Below, piece by piece: positions 48,058 to 61,029 of a stretch of 64,000 bases of DNA. A program made the position numbers and the translations under genes. The stretch comes from Octopus vulgaris. Its lineage: Eukaryota. The notes under the pieces are model-generated. The model did no database searches. It saw nothing but the letters and a program-made list of their open reading frames with translations, and was not told the origin of the DNA. Positions within the stretch are counted from its first letter, which is position 1; each line of letters begins with the position of its first letter. Where the stretch lies: contig OX597826.1 of assembly GCA_951406725.2 (NCBI GenBank), positions 10,106,001-10,170,000 on the forward strand, given 5' to 3'.

Positions 48058-51000
48058 GCAGTGCTGCATAAAGGTAAAAATAAGAATAGATTTATCAATC
48101 TCGAATAAATGAAAGGAAAAGGCGACTTGTTGGGTGACATAATTAATCCATTGCCCAGTTTAATACCTTCACGTGGTCCGTGGGTGCACTTGGCGGGGTT
48201 CACACAAGATCATCTGTATGGCGATAACTTTCCCCACTAATCTCAGAAGTCCTGCATAGGATAGTTGGTGCTACCCTTGCTCCTAAAAGGATAGAAAAGA
48301 AAAGGAAGACGTCTGGTCGGATTTGAACTTCAAACATTGAAGGATAAAACAAAACGACGCAAGGAATTTAGTATGGAGCTCTTCCATTTCTACTGCTGCG
48401 CTGCTTTCTATGAGGATTCAGTGCCATTCTTAAGTGATCCCTCTCGTGAAAACTAGAATCCATACACATTTCGCTTCCATCTCAAAACGTTGGTGACTAT
48501 GGTTTAGGTTTACTATCATCAAAGATAGGCTCTGCCACCTGGAAATAAGGAACAGTGTCAAATTTTCTCGCGGCTGTTTAGTCCCAGATCAGTTCGATTG
48601 AACAGATTTGCAAATAAAAGCTTTCCAGGCATCACTCTATGTTACCATGATTTTTTTATGTTTCTTTTTTGGGATCTTTTCGGTTTGAACGGCAGTTTTT
48701 TTTAAATAATTTCCACGTAACTAAACACTTTTAAACTTCGTATACTGGTAGAATGTGTTTATAAAACATCTTTTTCTCTTGGCTTTTATTGAGAAAATTG
48801 TATAGTTTGTATGATATTTGTTGTTCTTTTCTTCAATTTCTGCAATTTCAACCAATCAATGACCTCTATTGAGGTAGAAAACATTCTGTGCCGTATGAAT
48901 ATGACCTTCGTTTAAGAAACAGATGGGTTTATTTACATATCTGAAGAAAAAAAGATACCCTTCCCCCACCCCTAACCCTAAAACAGATTGAAAGGCAATA
49001 GATCGATACTAGGGTCATAATTATGGGTGACAATTTCATATGACACCGCGAGAAAAACTGCTGTTCAAACCGAAAAGATCCCTTTTTAGCCCCTTGTAGT
49101 CTATAAAGAAATAAGAAATAGCTGTCAAATCTCTCTTAAATTGCACTACCATAAAAATATAAACCCCACCCCACCAAAACCTCAGAAAAACACACTGGAT
49201 AATGCAATCCTAAATACACAGTTATTGTGGGAAAAAAAAAATAATAGTAAGAGGAAATACCTATGGTTAATGTTTTCAATCAAGAAAGGCTTTAGCCTAA
49301 TAAACTAATGTTATACGCTGTTATTTGCCTTTCATCCTTTCGGGGTCGATAAATAAAGTACCTGTTACACACTCGGATCGATATAATCGACCTAATCCGT
49401 TTGTCTGTCCTTGTTTGTCCTCTCTGTGTTTAGCCCCTAGTGGGTAGTAAAGAAATAGGTATTTCGTCTACCGCTACGTTCTGAGTTCAAATTCTGCCGA
49501 GGTCGACTTTACCTTTCATCCTTTCGGGGTCGATAAATTAAGTACCATTTGCGTACTGGGGTCGATCTAATCGACTGACCCCCTCTCCAAAAATTTCGGG
49601 CCCTTTACCAAGAGTAGCAAAAAATATTTACCTGGAAAATACAATTAAATAAAACAATATTAAAAAAAAAAGAACTGAAAACAAAATTTTTCTGAGTTGA
49701 TTTTATAGTATAGAAGTTCACGCACGCACAGGCATATACATACACCTAAGTATGTATGTATCAGAATCCATGAGATTAATAGCCGTCTACGTCAAACATA
49801 AAAATACAAATCAGACTTTTCTCTCTCCGAAGGACTCAGCTGTGACGTCACTAAATTCTTCTCCCAAAAGTATCCCAACTTGAATTCGTTTAGCGTTGAT
49901 CTTGAGCAGGAACAAGGGAAGTAACTCCATCATTCTTCATATCAGTCGCAAAATTATCAAAAGTTTGATTTTATTCATAATCCATTAAATATATGAAACA
50001 AATACAAAGAAAAAAAAAAGGAAAAGCAATAAGTACTTCTAAAGACTATAAGCCTTTAAGATCATCCGGTTGGAAATGGATTTGTGCTTTACTCCTAATT
50101 ATATTTTATAATTATAACAATTACAGCGTATAACATTAGTTTATTAGGCTAAAGTCTTTCTTGATCGAAAACATTAACCATAGGTATTGCCTCTTACTAT
50201 TATTATTTTTTTCCCCCACAATAACTGTGTATTTAGGATTGCATTATCCAGTGTGTCTTTCTGAGGTTTTGGTGGGGTTTATATTTTTATGGTAGTGCAA
50301 TTTAAGAGAAATTTGACAGCTATTTCATTTCTTTACTATCCACAAGGGGCTAAACACAGAGGAGACATACAAGGACAGACAAATGGATTAAGTTGATTAC
50401 ATCACCCCAGTGCGTAACTCGTATTTAATTTATCGACCCCGAAAGGATGAAAGGCAAAGTCGACCTCGGCAGAATTTGAACTCAGAACATAGCGGCAGAC
50501 GAAATACCTATTTCTTAACTACCCACAAGGGGCTAAACACAGAAGGGACAAACAAGGACAGACAAACGGATTAGGTCGATCACATCGACCTCAGTGCGTA
50601 ACTGGTACTTAATTTATCGACCCCGAAAGGATGAAAGGTAAAGTCGACCTCGGCGGAATTTGAACTCAGAACGTAACGGCAGACGAAATACGGCTACGCA
50701 TTTCACCCGGCGGGCTAATGTTTTTGCCAGCTCGCCGCCTTTTTTCGAGTAAATATTGCATGCACGTACCTTTTCTTTCCTTTGCTCTAACAATTTTGCT
50801 AACCTATTTTTACTTTTATTTTGAACAAAAAAAGGGATCTTTTCGGTTTGAAAGGCAGTTTTTTTCAAGCGGTGTCATATGAAATTGTCACCCATAATTA
50901 TGACCCTAGTATCGATCTATTGCATTTCAATCTGTTTTAGGGTTAGGGTGGGGGAAGGGTATCTTTTTTTCTTCAGATGTGTAAATAAACCCAATCTGTT

Positions 51001-51860
51001 TCTTAAACGAAGGTCATATTCACAAGGCACAGAACGTTTTCACCTCAATAGACATCATTGATTGATTGAAATTGCAGAAATTGAAGAAAAAAACCCACAA
51101 ATATTTTACAAACTATAGAATTTTCTCAATAAAGCCAAGAGAAAAAGATGTTTTATAAACACATTCTACCAGTTTACGAAGTTTAAAAGTGTTTAGTTAC
51201 GTGGAAATTATTAAAAAAAACTGCCGTTCAAACCGAAAAGATCCCCAAAAAGTAACATTAAAAAATCATGGTAACATATAAAGAGATACCTGGAAAGCTT
51301 TTATCTGCAAGTCTATTTAATCAAACTGATCTGGGACTAAACAGCCACGACAAAATTTGACACTGTTCCTAATTTCCAGGTGGCAGAGCCTATCTTTGAT
51401 GATAGTAAACTAAAACCGTAGTCACCAACGTTTTGAGATAGAAGCCAAATGTGTATGGATTCTAGTTTCTACGAGAGGGATCACTTAAGAATGGCACCGA
51501 ATCCTCATAGAAAGCAGCGCAGCAGTAGAAATGGAAGAGCTTCAGACTAAATTCCTTGCGTCATCTTGTTTTATTCTTCAATGTTTGAAGTTCAAATCCG
51601 ACCAGACGTCTTCCTTTTCTTTTCTACCCTTTTAGGAGCAAGGGTAGCACCAACTATCCTATGCAGGACTTCTGAGATTAACGGGGAAAGTTATCGCCAT
51701 ACAGATGATCTTGTGTGAACCCCGCCAAGTGCACCCACGGGCCACGTGAAGGTATTAAACTGGGCAATGGATTAATTATGTCACCCAACAAGTCGCCTTT
51801 TCCTTTCATTTATTCGAGATTGATAAATCTATTCTTATTTCTACCTTTATGCAGCACTGC
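48058..51860. repeat. Large inverted segmental duplication: left arm about 48058-49325, right arm about 50120-51860, spacer about 0.8 kb
   Basis: The arms are reverse complements. They include unique sequence and the same MITE insertion, and the identical peptide appears in ORFs 47856-48203 (-) and 51715-51942 (+). Confidence 0.92.
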
Positions 51861-52054
51861 AGAAGTTTTTATGCTTCTTTTTATACCTAAGAAAAAATTA
51901 ATTAAATTAATGCAAGTAAACTACAAGATCTTACTAAAATAATTGTCAAGCATACTTTGGAATCGAATCACCATTTCCAAAACATACAGCTCTGTGTCAG
52001 TCTGTGTAAAAAACCATCATTAATAGAGTCACATTAAAAGATCGCTGTTGCTGT

Positions 52055-52421
52055 TTGTTCGTTTGAGTGAAGTGGTCTTCGTCCCAGCTGTAGTGGGAGA
52101 AGTCCGAAACTTCCTTTTGCTATTCGTAAGACCCGCAGAAGAGAAAGCAGGTCAACCCCCGACACCGAGAGCATCGACGGATGGATGAATGCGCATCCAG
52201 GCTCAGCAGTTGCGTAGGAAGTCAGGGACAAGAAACAGGAAGGAAGTGTGAGAGAAAGTTGGAGCGAAAGAGTACAACAGGGGTCGTCACCCCGCCCCCC
52301 TGCCGGAACCTCGTGGAGCCTTAGGTGTTTTCGCTCAATAAACACACACAACGCCAGGTCTGGGAATCGAAACCGCGATCCTCCGCCCGCGAGTCCGCTG
52401 CCCTAAACACTGGGCCTCCAC
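52055..52421 (-). mobile_element. tRNA-derived SINE, family C head with a different 3' half
   Basis: Shares head and body with 4608-5002, then diverges. TSD CGCTGTTGCTGT. Confidence 0.75.
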
Positions 52422-52549
52422 CGCTGTTGCTGTCTAACCCCAGGTCAATCATGATTAGAAAGACCTATGATCAAAGATATATTGGTTGTCTTTGTTGAAG
52501 TATCTTGAACTACATTATCTAATGTGGGTAAGGTCTGAAAGAGTTCAGG

Positions 52550-53620
52550 TTGTGAGATGTACACGCGATCACGTGTAGTCCCTAACACCAAGAAGTTCTA
52601 CTAAGTTCCGTTATCAGAAAAAGCAACGACTGCATTGATGAGGCAAGAAAAACTGCTGGCAGTTACCTCCCTTCCAAAACTCCACCGAACAACATCATTG
52701 AAGTTGTCTCCCTTTAGTTACCGCGTCACTTTCGTCGCACCTGTCCGGACAACGTCACAACTTTTACGTATGTATCTGGAAAAGCACTCTTCACTTGGAA
52801 TTATTATTAATTGATATTTAGGTAATCTAACACCAAACGCTATTTTTTGTTTATTCAGTCATTATCAAAATAATCGGAAAAGGGATTGCTACAACTATAA
52901 TAAACTAGAATTTCGTTTATTTTTTCCCCACAATCTTTTACTTCTGTTGTGTTTATTTTTCGTTTCTTTCCGAAATTAACGACCAGGTAATTGAGAAGTA
53001 CACTGTATTCTTGTTCCTTTATTGTTATAACTTTGCTGGTCGGTTTAGATTCAAAGCTGACAACTCCAATTCATACCATGCATGTCACTAGGTTGTGGTC
53101 TCAAAGCGACGAAAATATTTCGACAAATTAAACTTAAATGTTGAAGTGAATCTAACGGGTTTTGTGTGTTTCTTAAATGGCTTATAAACACCTTCCACGC
53201 TGCAATTGTTTTCGTTCCAGCACACGATCTCAGATCAGGTCACTTGCTATGCAAGTACATCTCCGTAAAAATTATTATATTTTGCGTCTATAATTCTGAT
53301 TGATTTCTCTGTTTTCATGGCAAATCAATCACAAACTTATTACTTTCACACCTCCCGTGATGTTTTGGTTATTTTTTTCTACCGCGTGAGGTGAGAGCAA
53401 GACTATAGAAAGTCTAGCTTATGACAGAAAAGTTTTATCATACAGTTCGGTGGGTGTAAACGGAAAAATGGTTTATGTGTCAAGATGTAAACATTAACCG
53501 GAAAAAAATATATATCCATTTCTAAGTTCCTGGCGAACCGAGTCTCCGACTCACCAACAAATAAAGTAGCTTTCAGTCCCCTCGGGGACTATTGTTTAAT
53601 AATGATCTGTGGACGGGAGC
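52550..53620. promoter_or_regulatory. Putative promoter region (locally CpG-retaining, repeat-poor)
   Basis: CpG density is visibly higher than in the flanks. Contains E-box CACGTG at 52570, CRE half-sites near 52723 and 52752, and CGGAA motifs near 53461 and 53499. No downstream CDS was identified. Confidence 0.4.
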
Positions 53621-55157
53621 AATGAAAATAAGATGCTCTAATTTTCCATCTAATGGATATTACATCGTGTACTTATTTGTTTAAAAAATCATTCGTAGCT
53701 TCGTGTTTCGAATCTTCTCTATTTCATTCTTCAAATAGATTCGTTGAGGTGGGTAGGAGCCATAAACTACTCAACGGGACTTGCTTCAAGATAATAGTTT
53801 TTTACAGGCCCGTTGCCAGACTATGACGCCTGGGGGTACTTAAGAATATTCTGGGTGACCACTAATTTGTAAATAATGCTAAAGTAGAGTTTCGAAATGA
53901 GTATATCACTGTAAATATGGGAGTGCACCATTGAATAGTGAGGGCAAAGTGTCGTCCAGTGCACCCCATTAGCCACGCGCATGGTTTGTTTCCGCGTATT
54001 TGTTGTAATCGCTGGTTAGTCCTAATCAAACAACGCGACTCTTTCTCGTTATACCTATTTCTTTACTACCCACAAGGGACTAAACACAGAGAGGACAAAC
54101 AAGGGCAGACAAACGGATCAAGTCGATTATATCGACTCCAGTGCGTAACTGGTACTTAATTTATCGACCCCGAAAGGATGAAAGGCAAAGTCGACCTCGG
54201 CGGAATTTGAACTCTGAACGTAGCAGCAGACGAAATACTGCTGAGCATTTCGCCCGGCGTGCTAACGTTTCTGCCATCTCGCCGCCTTCTTGTTATACCG
54301 CGTCTCCGCCCAACTGATGACTGTTGACTCAGTGTCGAATCGTATGGGATGCAGTGTGATAGTTGGACACATTGCACCCTTTCCCATGTCCAGTCTACTC
54401 TTGTACACTTGCTAATTCTGATGGTGACCTCAGAGGAGGCGGGTAAGGTGGACTCGGTCAGAGGGCAACAGTTGTTCTGCACTTATTGTTGGTGGTGTGC
54501 ATCCCAGCAAAGCATTTAGATTCAGCGAAACTTGATGTTGGCTGCTATTTCTGTTGTGTATGTGTTCATTATGTTCGTCCAGGCTGTTTTCAGGTTATTG
54601 TAGTGATGCTCTGAGATATTGTGCATGTACCTGGGTATTTTTAGGTGTTTTTCACGTTGTGACAATAAAGTGAACCCCTTGTATGTCCAGGTGAGCCTTG
54701 ATTTTTTTGGTATTTTTGTTTCATCGTGTTGCTAATCTGTGGGTGTGATCTATGTACAACCTGTTGTAATGTTTTGTGTTCATTATGGTCTGTAGGAAAT
54801 AGGGGCCCAAGCAATGGCATAGCTAGAGTGTGTGTTGCCCATTGTAGCCATTGAGTTTGCCTCCCTACTCCTGACTCCAAGCCATTGTAGACTTATACAG
54901 AAGTCCCAACAGTATCGTTCAGTGAAAGTGTTGTTCAGAGCAGGCCATTTCTCCTTCACCTAGCTATGCCACTGGGGTCCAAGTGGGGCCAGCTTTGTCT
55001 AAGAAACAAACATTATTTATTGGTAACCAATTCATTAATTGTTATATTTAGAAATGGTCATTTTGCCAGTTTAGCCAATAAAAACACAGGCACTATATAT
55101 TTGGTGTTACTTTGCTTCAGCATTATTTATTTTTTACATTAATTTTAATCTTATTTT

Positions 55158-55202
55158 GGCCAGAGTTCTTTCGTCACACTTCTGTGACCTCATCAGTGGT
55201 CC
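55158..55202 (-). ncRNA. Minimal type I hammerhead ribozyme with one extra core nucleotide
   Basis: Minus strand reads GGACCA-CUGAUGA-G-GUCAC-AGAAGU-GUGAC-GAAA-GAAC-UC-UGGCC. Confidence 0.65.
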
Positions 55203-55606
55203 TTTGCTTTCTTCTTTCTTATTTGTGTCTCTCTCTTGCAAAACAAATATATAAACATAACAATTCATTAATGTTTTACAGATATTACTTTAAGTATTTT
55301 TTCTAAAACATTAACCAACTGTTTTAACAATGTTTCTTTCTGATGACCAAATGTGATTCCTGTGACTCTTCTAAGTATGTTTGTTGTCTGTTGTTTTGCT
55401 TTTTTTTATTTATTGTTTTTTTTTTCCTTTGCATGTTGTGAATGTTGTAATTAATATCTAGTATTTTGTGTGTGTGGTTTATGTTTTTGAATATGATGGT
55501 TGGTTTTGTATAATGATTTTTACTGTTGCTCAGGATAGAGAGGCTGTGGGTTTCTGTAGATGCTACTTTAAGCTTGTTTCTGAAGAATCAGATCTCTAGG
55601 TGAATT

Positions 55607-55810
55607 CTTCTTCTTCTTCTTACAACATTCACCCGGGGTGGGTTGAGCTAGCTTCAATCATCCTCAATGCTGCATCTCTTACAAACGCCGACCAGGCCTG
55701 GATATTTGAGGCTAACGACCGCATGATCTTCAACCACTCCTTATTCCAGCGGCGAACGCTGTAGATATGGGGGCCTAGGTTGGGTTCCAGATCAGCCTGG
55801 CTGATGACGG
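55607..55810 (-). mobile_element. RTE-clade LINE 3' end with (GAA)n tail
   Basis: Minus strand encodes DLEPNLGPHIYSVRRWNKEWLK...AWSAFVRD...STHPG*. TSD TCTAGGTGAATT. Confidence 0.75.
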
Positions 55811-58185
55811 TCTAGGTGAATTACATAGCTTTGGAGTATTTGTATGGTAGTGTCTGGAGAATGGTGGAATGACGTGAGTGTGGTGTGAGTCTGGGTAGAT
55901 GGGGATTAACACATACTTTAAGAAATAATTATTTCTTATATATAATTCTTTATGTTATGATTTTATTTTCTCCTTGTATCCAGATTTTGTGGACACCCTG
56001 TATATTAAAGGCTTTTGACGTGTTTTGTGGGTTGTGGGACATCATGTAGGTATAGGTTGGGAAGGTGTAGGTAAGAAGCTGACCTCTTCCTTGTTACTCC
56101 AGTCAAGAAATTGCAAGTTCTGGAAGGGTTGTTTTTGTACTTTACATACTATTGGTGGACTGACAGATATTTTTGCTAGCTTGCGTTTTGATTGATTCTT
56201 AAGGTGGTACTAAGCATTTTCTGTGTGAGTGAATAATGGGGACTGGAACTGAAAGCTTTGTTGATGATAATGACAATGTTACATGTTGGAGATTTTTACT
56301 GTTGAAACCACTGTATATTTTCTGTGTTGGGCTTGTAAGTGTCAAAAATTTGCCCTCCTAGGATTTTTAAATGTATGCAATATGAGGTTGATAGGTCTGT
56401 ATACTTCACTAGGATTTTGTTGGACTTTAGAAAAGTAATAATTTTGCCCAGTTTCCAGATTCTGGGGATTTTATAGTATTGACTCGAGTAGTTGTCAATG
56501 TGTGAGTGCAGTAGTTCCTTCACACTCTGGGTGTTTTACATGTATATCTGTGATTTTTACCTCACCCTAAAGCCTTTGATTTCTTTACTATTTTTTTTAT
56601 AGATTTTTTTATAGATTTCTCTACTGCTTCTTTCAGTGTCTGATGGAAGAAAAGTGTCAAAATGATGATTCAGCTTGTATATATTTTTTGTTTTGTGTCC
56701 TGCTCTTCTTTGTGTGGGTTTTCTTTGTGTGGGTTTTGAGAACTTTCTGGTTAGGGCATTTACTTGGTGTTCCTGAATGAGTAAATTATTTGAGATTGTT
56801 AATGTGATACACAATATGGTATGGCCATTGTTGTAGACTGCTCTTTACTCTATATAATATTCTTTTATTAGTCTTATGGTTAAGGCAGTGAACTGGCAGA
56901 ATCTTTAACAAAATGCTTAGCGATATTTTGTCTGTCTTTACATTCAGAGTTCAAATTCTGCTGTGGCTGACTTTGCCTTTCCTTCTTTCAGAGTTGATGA
57001 AATAAGTACCAGTTGCACACTGGGGTTTAGGTAATCAACTCTACCCCACACCCCTAGAAAAGGTTATTTGTCTTGTGGTTCAAGCAGTAAGCTGGCAGAA
57101 TCATTAGCATGCCAGACAAAATGCTTAGCACCATTTCTTCCACATTTTTGTTCTGAGTTCAAATTCTGCTGAGGTTGAGTTTGCCTTTCATCCTTTCAGG
57201 GTCAATAAAGTGAGTACAGGTTGAACTCATTTTGTAATCAACTTATGTCCCCCACCCCACCCTGCGAATTATTGGCCTGGTGCCAAAATTTTAAACCATT
57301 ATTAGTTTTATGGTTTACGTTGAATATAATTGTTTGCCAGTTTTCTGTTTTCCTAGGAGTTATTTATTTTGTCTATTTTCTTCTTTAATTGTCAGATAGT
57401 GAATCATAGGACACCCCCCACCTCTTATCCACCAATCACTACTTCCACCTCTCAGCACTTGTCCTTAACCTATTATAACCAAATCCCCCTCATCCATTCT
57501 CCATCTCTTACTCTCCTATACATTATTAACAGCTTCTATCTAACCATATTCTTGGATCTCATGTCCTCACTCACTTTTGCTCTCCCCATACTTTGAAGGT
57601 CTCCCCAGCCACCTCATCTTCACTATTTTTACCTCTTCCCAGCCCCAATCACACCTTCCTACTCTTCTAAAATGTTAATAGCCTCATAGCTCCTTTACAG
57701 TAAGATGCCTATTCTATTCTGGTTCCTTCCCTCATATTTTTAACCCCTCATCTTAAAAACCCATCTCCCTCAGAGTTTGTAGTCTTGCAAGCTGCATGGT
57801 GACCTCAGTGGTATCAGTGGCATGCAAAAGAGCACCTGATATTCATTGCAAAGTGGTTGGCATCGGGAAGGGCATCCAGTCATAGAAACCATGCCAAAGC
57901 AGACATTGGAGCGTGATGCAGTTGTTGGACCACGACCCATGCCAGCATGGAACATGAATGATGATGATGATGATTTTGTGGCATGAAGCAACGCAGACCT
58001 TGCCGTCCATTCATGAAAACACATAATATACTGAGTCCTCAACTTGTTCCATTTGCCTAAAGGTTTGCAAGGCACCAGCAGGCCTCAAGAGGCACATTCA
58101 TATCCATATAACATAATTAATGCTTTATTTTACTGAACCCTCATTTGTCATTCACAACAAGAGAATCCATCATATATATATATGT

Positions 58186-58218
<33 letters not shown>

Positions 58219-61029
58219 CGTGTGTGTATTGTTGGCAATTTTTTCCCTCTGTCTTCCCTTCCTTGGATCTTTCCTTTTCCTATGTTTCTGACAAAGAGCT
58301 CTACTCGAAATGTTAAATCCTCCTTCTTTGTTTCCTTTCCTGAGCGTCCAATAACTGATTTTCCACGTCCTTGCGTTGTTGTGTTTTCTCTTTGTGTTTT
58401 CATGTTTGGATTAAATATATATATATATATATATATACGTGTGTGTGTGTGTGTTTATGCATATGTGTATGTGTGCATTTTTGTGTCTGTTGCCATGTCT
58501 TTGTTTGTGTTGATGCCACCTGAAAAATGGTGCTCTGTGATCATGTCCCATAACTTATTAGTTCAATACTAGTATTGATCAAATAAATACCACTCTTACA
58601 AAAAGAAAATAAATACTGGGGCTGATATGATTAACTAAAGCCCTACAAGATGATGCTCCAGCTTGGCCTCCTTCTACAAACACATGACTTGTGCCAAATT
58701 TTGGAAATTACTGTTATTGATTTTTAACTGTTGTACCAGGCCACGCATTTAGTAGGGAGGACACCATCATCATTTTAATATCCACATTTCCATGTTTGCA
58801 TGGGTCAGATGTAGTTTGTTGAGGCAGATTTGCTTCATGTGTTTCCTGTTGCCAACCCTCTCCTGTTTCCAAGCAATGTAATATTTCCCCTTGGCCAGGC
58901 ATCATCATCATCATCATCGTTTAACATCCGCTTTCCATACTAGCATGGGTTGGGACGAATGACTGAGGGCTGGTGAACCAGATGGCTGCACCAGGCTTCA
59001 ATCTTGATCTGGCAGAGTTTCTACAGCTGGATGCCCTTCCTAATGCCAACCACTCCGAGAGTGTAGTGGGTGCTTTTACGTGCCACCAGCACTGTGCCAG
59101 TCAGGTGACACTGGCAACGACCTCGCTCGAAGCTTTTACACATGCCACCGGCACAGGTGCCAGTAAGGCGATGCTGGTAACTTGCATGTTCTTGCAAAGT
59201 ATTAAAAGTGAAGGACCAATGTCTGTATGACAGTGACAATCATTTTACTACTATCATGTGATATCAAGATAAGGTGACACAAACATAGACACACTCTTAT
59301 GTGCATACATAAAGGGTAAAGGCTCCCCCTCCCTCGGTCATGAATGACCCTGGGATTGCACCCAGAAAGTTACCCTCTGAGGCACATATCCAGGAAGGTT
59401 GTTTATGGAATATCAGCAGTCACCCATGCATATCAGTCTCCCCTTTCCACACCAATGATGCTACCCAAGGGAAGGGCAAAGGGGCTGATTCAGCTTGGCA
59501 CCAGTGACACTGTCACAACTCATTTCTACAGCTGGGTAAACTGGAGCAATGTGAAGTAAAGTTTCTTGCTCAAGAACACAACATAGAACCCAGTCTAGGA
59601 ATTGAACTCACTAACTCATTGTGAGCCCAATGCTGTAACCACTGAGCCATACACACACATGCACACACACACACACATGTTTATATACTATGGAAGTCTT
59701 TTAGTTTCTGCCTACCAAATCCACTCTCAAGGCTTTTTCTGGTCCAGAGCTATAGAAGAAGACACTTGCCCAAGCTGCCATGCAGTGGGACTGAATCTGT
59801 TACCACATGGTTAGAAAGCAAACAGCTTCACCACACAGTTGCATCTGTGTCTATAAAGCCAATTGCTTTCTTCATTCCATCACCATGTCTTAGAGGCTTC
59901 ACAAATGATGCTCTTCTTAAAATACTTCTTCATTTCTGATAAGTCTATGGTATAACTGTGAAAGTGAAACAAAAACATTTGAATATTTATTTCTGCTTTT
60001 TGGTTTACAAGTTTGAGTAGACGAGAATGTTCCATAAGAAATAGCAGTTTCTCTTGTAAAATGAATTGTTTCAGCAATAACCAAATTTCGCATTTTGGCT
60101 AATTTTTGAACCTTTCCTAATATTTTCTTATTTGTGAATTGTTTGTTAGTCACAGAAGTAACTTATTTTTGCTTGTATTATAATTTAGTTTCATTTTAAA
60201 AAATTCTATTTGTATTTTATGTTTATTTATACACAAACTTTTGAAAGTGAACCTGAATTAAATTCAGTTGAAAGATATATAATTAACAGTTCTTTATTGC
60301 TAATTATAACAATAAAGAACTAGCATTTCAGTTCTTCAGAGAAGAATAATTAAGCTGAAGATAGGAGTGAACTTAGAAGTGTAAATCGTCGAATATTTGC
60401 CAGTCGTTTGAGTTAAACTCTGCTCTGCCTCCAAGAGTTATTATTTTTATAAAATTTTCGTAGCTGCAGAAGTGGCTGCATGGTTAAGAAGCTTGCTTAG
60501 CAATCACATGGCTTGGGGTTCAGTCCCACCTTGGGCAAGTGTTTTCTGCCAAAATTTGAAACCAATATTTTTCATTCTGGAGTTACAACGGTTTTGAGAT
60601 TAAGGTTATGAGATTACTAATATAATGATCATGAGTTCAAACCTCGTTCCTTTATTTAACGTACTGTGCTCTTGAAGAAGTCATGCAACACCGTTTGCCT
60701 TTGTTTGCTTACTTGACATGAACAAGTTCCACTGCAGTGACAAATGTATCCAGCTATAAATGCAACCAACCTAACTAAAACACATCATGTATGTAAATAT
60801 CATCATCATCATCATTTAATGTCTATTGTCCATGCTGGCATGGGTTGGACATTTTGACCAAGATTGGTAAGCTGGGGGTCTGCACCAGACCCCAGTCTGA
60901 TTTGGCATGGTTTCTATGACTGGATGCCCTTCCTAACATCAACCACTCTGAGAGTGTAATGGCTGCTTTTACATGCCATCAGCATGGATGCCTGTTGTGT
61001 GATACCAGTATCTGCCACAATTACAATAT

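Larger units (their letters stand above)
54290..56550 (-). mobile_element. Highly degenerate non-LTR retrotransposon RT remnant, interrupted by younger inserts
   Basis: Fragments IPRIWKLGKIITFLKSNK (RT domain 0/1-like), IIINKAF, and YA..AWAP-like with many stops and frameshifts. Confidence 0.5.

Noticed and set aside
51715-51942. Duplicated ORF MNPAKCTHGPREG... (also 47856-48203)
   Set aside because: It starts at GTG, has no known motif, and its identity is explained by the inverted duplication.
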